In this document: positions 61,126 through 64,000 of the stretch, piece after piece
How the letters are laid out: each line of letters opens with the position of its first letter
Position numbering within the stretch: the stretch's first letter is position 1
Source: Candidatus Omnitrophota bacterium
Lineage (GTDB): Bacteria > Omnitrophota > Gorgyraeia > Zapsychrales > Zapsychraceae
DNA length: 64,000 bases
Assembly: GCA_029261055.1 (NCBI GenBank)
Contig: JAJDCA010000044.1
Coordinates: 13,867 to 77,866, forward strand
Reading direction: 5' to 3'
The notes under the pieces: generated by a model
The model's input: only the letters and a program-made list of their open reading frames with translations
The model's database searches: none
Told to the model about the DNA's origin: nothing
Position numbers and translations under genes: made by a program

Positions 61126-61179
61126 TATTATTTTTTTGTTTTTTCTCTGCTTCTTGCTTCTATACAACTTGCTTCTTGT
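61084..61179. repeat. Heptamer-repeat hairpin element, copy 3, overlapping the napD 3' end
   Basis: caagaagcagag (61105-61116) is complementary to ctctgcttcttg (61145-61156). Confidence 0.7.
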
Positions 61180-61196
61180 TAGAGAGGAGTTAACAA

Positions 61197-63545
61197 ATGA
61201 CTAATTTTACCCGTCGAGAATTTCTTAAAATGTCCGCACAGATGGCCGCATTGGCGGCATTAGGGTTAAGTACTCTAAACTCTACTGTTGCCGAGGCTGA
61301 AGAAGTGGCTGATGGTTTAACCTGGCAAAAAGCACCTTGCCGTTTCTGTGGAACAGGATGTGGTGTCATGGTAGGTGTTAAAAAAGGGCGTGTTGTAGCT
61401 GTTCAAGGTGATCGCGAAAATCCTGTTAACCGCGGTTTATTATGTGCCAAAGGATATCATGTTGGTGCGGCCTTGTATGGAGCCGATCGTTTAAAACGGC
61501 CTATGCTGCGCAAAGGTGGAAAACTCCAACCGGTTTCATGGGATCTAGCCATTAACACAATAGCTGATAAAATCGTCGAAGACCCCACACGCTTTGCCAT
61601 TTATGGTTCCGGTCAATGGACCATTCCCGAAGGCTTTACCGCCATGAAATTTCTTAAAGGTGGGTTAGGAAGTAATCACATTGATCCTAATGCCCGACTG
61701 TGTATGGCCAGTGCCGTGGTTGGATTCATCAAGACCTTTGGCGTAGATGAACCTTCCGGATGTTACGATGATTTAGATAGTTGTGATACGGTCATCTGTT
61801 GGGGGAATAACTGGGCGGAAATGCATCCGATTTTATATTCCCGTTTTATCGACCGCAAAAATAAATTTGAGAAAGTTACTATGGTCGATATGGCCACACG
61901 CCGAACACGCACAACGGAAGCCGCAGACCATTACATTGAATTCCGCCCCCAATCTGATCTCGCTATTGCCAACGGTATTTGTTATCTGCTTCTTAAAAAT
62001 AAAACTTACGATGCAAAATTTGTAGCCGAACGGGCACGATTTAAATCGAACGATGGAAAAGATATTACTTTAGATCAATACTTCGAATTTCTGAAAGATT
62101 ACACCCCGGAAAAAGTGTCCAAAATATCGAATGTGCCTGTCGGGCAGATTAAAATGTTGGCGGATATTTTTGCTGATCCCAAACGCAAAGTTGTATCTTT
62201 GTGGTGCATGGGCATGAATCAGCACACACGGGGAACGTGGATTAATAATCTTGTTTATAATGTCCATCTTCTAGCTGGAAAAATCGGAAAACCAGGCAGC
62301 ACGCCATTTTCCTTAACGGGTCAACCCAGTGCCTGTGGCACATGTCGAGAAGTCGGAACATTGGCACATGCCTTACCCGGTGGCCGTGTGGTTAAAAATG
62401 AAGGACACCGCAAAGAGGCCGAAGAATTATGGAATCTCAAGCCTGGCACGATCAATCCAAAACCCGGATTTCATACGGTTAAAATGTTTAAGGCCTTGGC
62501 CTCAGGGGACATTACCGGTATGTGGGTTCAAGTGACTAATCCAGGCCAGTCCATGCCGAATTTAAATTTGACCCTTCAAAAGGCAAATGATCGTTTTTTT
62601 GTGGTCTCAGAGATCTATCCAACGGCTACTACAAAATATGCCGATGTTGTTTTACCGTCATCTACCTGGGTTGAAAAAAATGGTCTTTTTGGCAATACAG
62701 AGCGTCGTACACAGCAATGGTTCAAGATGATTGAACCTCCAGGTGAAGCGCGGGATGATGTCTGGCAGATGTTAGCCGTAGCCCGTAAGTTGTACGAAAA
62801 AGGCTTTGAAGGCATGAAAAATAAAGACGGTGAATTTTTATTTACCATGCGTGATGAAAAGGGTAAAGAAATTCACCATTGGAAATGGGATGTTTACAAA
62901 AAACATAATATCGATAAAATCCTTTTTGAAGAATATCGCCCTTTTACAACTAAGAAACATAAAGATATTGCCCCGTACGATGTATATGTTGAAAATCGTG
63001 GTTTACGATGGCCCGTGGTTCAAAATGGCAACGGTCAATGGAAAGAAACCAAACGACGCTTTGTGGAAGGCGAAGATCCTTTTGTAGAAAAAGGGGACGG
63101 CATTTCTTTTTACATGGCCAAGGCTGGCGACAAAAAAGCTATTATTTGGGCACGCCCGTATGAAGCCCCACCCGAGGTGCCCGATGAACAATATCCATTT
63201 TGGTTGTGTACAGGACGCGTCCTTGAACATTGGCATACCGGTACAATGACCGGCCGTGTTAAAGAATTAAAAAATGCCATGCCGCATGCCTTTGTGGATA
63301 TTCATCCAGCGGATGCCGAAAATCTCGGTGTCTACAATGGAGACCGTGTACGCATTAAATCCCGACGAGGATCCATAACACTTCCGGTGTCAGTCAACGG
63401 TCGTTCCGTGCCACAAAAAGGTTTAGTTTTTGTTCCATTTTTCGATGAAGCCAAATTGATTAACCAAGTGACCTTAGAAGCCTATTGTCCTTTGTCTAAA
63501 GAGCCAGATTATAAAAAATGTGCGGTTTTAATTGAGAAAGTTTAA
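61197..63545 (+). CDS. napA: Periplasmic nitrate reductase catalytic subunit
   Basis: TRREFLK; PCRFCGTGC; GSGQW; DPNARLCMASA; MGMNQHTRG; SLTGQPSACGT; TGRVLEHWH. Confidence 0.93.
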   Translation: MTNFTRREFLKMSAQMAALAALGLSTLNSTVAEAEEVADGLTWQKAPCRFCGTGCGVMVGVKKGRVVAVQGDRENPVNRGLLCAKGYHVGAALYGADRLKRPMLRKGGKLQPVSWDLAINTIADKIVEDPTRFAIYGSGQWTIPEGFTAMKFLKGGLGSNHIDPNARLCMASAVVGFIKTFGVDEPSGCYDDLDSCDTVICWGNNWAEMHPILYSRFIDRKNKFEKVTMVDMATRRTRTTEAADHYIEFRPQSDLAIANGICYLLLKNKTYDAKFVAERARFKSNDGKDITLDQYFEFLKDYTPEKVSKISNVPVGQIKMLADIFADPKRKVVSLWCMGMNQHTRGTWINNLVYNVHLLAGKIGKPGSTPFSLTGQPSACGTCREVGTLAHALPGGRVVKNEGHRKEAEELWNLKPGTINPKPGFHTVKMFKALASGDITGMWVQVTNPGQSMPNLNLTLQKANDRFFVVSEIYPTATTKYADVVLPSSTWVEKNGLFGNTERRTQQWFKMIEPPGEARDDVWQMLAVARKLYEKGFEGMKNKDGEFLFTMRDEKGKEIHHWKWDVYKKHNIDKILFEEYRPFTTKKHKDIAPYDVYVENRGLRWPVVQNGNGQWKETKRRFVEGEDPFVEKGDGISFYMAKAGDKKAIIWARPYEAPPEVPDEQYPFWLCTGRVLEHWHTGTMTGRVKELKNAMPHAFVDIHPADAENLGVYNGDRVRIKSRRGSITLPVSVNGRSVPQKGLVFVPFFDEAKLINQVTLEAYCPLSKEPDYKKCAVLIEKV

Positions 63546-63548
63546 CAT

Positions 63549-64000
63549 ATGAAAAAATATAAAAACGTATTTCTCACCCTATTCTTACTTGCGGCTGCAA
63601 TAGTTGTATTAGTAAAACCATCTGTCGTAACGGCTAAAAAACAATTAACGCCGGTTAAAGAACTTTCGAAACGGGAAGACCTACGTGCGTTTTACACGGC
63701 CCCACCCGTCATTCCTCATGAAGTAACAGATAACCGGGGGAATAAAGAATGTTTGTATTGCCATAACGAGGTTCTTAAAATTGAAAATCGTTTTTCTGTT
63801 AAAACACCTCATCCGCAATTTACAAATTGCCAACAATGTCATGTGCAAAGGCTGAAGCCGGAGACACCTGTTGCTTCTACATGGCAAGGCTTAAAAGAAC
63901 CAAAACAAGGGACAAGGGCTCATGAAGTTGCACCACCAACGATTCCACACCGTATTTTTTTAAGAGAAAATTGCAACACATGCCACGGCGCAAAAAATCC
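63549..64000 (+). CDS. napB: NapB-like multiheme cytochrome c, truncated by window end (not in ORF track)
   Basis: Translated by hand: signal peptide, APPVIPH..CLYCH..TPHPQF-NCQQCH..APPTIPH..CNTCH. Confidence 0.8.
   Translation, partial: MKKYKNVFLTLFLLAAAIVVLVKPSVVTAKKQLTPVKELSKREDLRAFYTAPPVIPHEVTDNRGNKECLYCHNEVLKIENRFSVKTPHPQFTNCQQCHVQRLKPETPVASTWQGLKEPKQGTRAHEVAPPTIPHRIFLRENCNTCHGAKN

Noticed and set aside
59109-61179. CRISPR array
   Set aside because: Degenerate 7-nt periodic arms with whole genes between them; no constant repeat-spacer structure and no cas genes
1393-63236. Many short overlapping or antisense ORFs in the track (e.g. 4387-4746, 9697-10023, 31881-32267, 51167-51505)
   Set aside because: They overlap well-supported genes and lack motifs or RBS
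27716-63545. Selenocysteine recoding in the Mo enzymes
   Set aside because: All three catalytic ORFs are uninterrupted with Cys at the ligand position
63681-63887. Minus-strand 68-aa ORF from the track
   Set aside because: Antisense shadow of the napB-like gene

Overview
AT-rich bacterial chromosomal window with almost all genes on the + strand. Gene style suggests a PVC/Omnitrophota-like diderm, but this is a weak inference. From 1 to 21 kb it holds housekeeping genes (membrane glycosyltransferase, apgM-lysC-cimA, valS, acs, sdhCAB, hemN/hemE/hemY) interspersed with small AT-rich toxin-antitoxin-like or hypothetical genes. From 21 to 64 kb it is a large anaerobic-respiration supercluster with its own biogenesis genes: system II cytochrome c maturation, tatA, moeA, moaA behind a Moco-type riboswitch, mobB-mobA, moaD and porins. 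It contains three Tat-exported molybdoenzyme modules. (i) A LysR-linked TtrB/C/A-like oxyanion reductase with a TorD-type chaperone. (ii) An unusual module: cytoplasmic NfnB/GltD-like NAD(P) flavoprotein, Rieske, cytochrome b, decaheme cytochrome c, a Tat-exported Nas-like Mo enzyme and NapG/H/F-like ferredoxins. (iii) Tetraheme c, NrfC/NrfD-like proteins, a reductive-type octaheme HAO-family protein and napD-napA-napB, a likely NrfA-independent nitrate ammonification operon. Several REP-like and heptamer-repeat hairpin elements occur, some inside coding sequence. No rRNA, tRNA, CRISPR array or intact transposase was seen. All calls come from motif recognition; no database searches were run.
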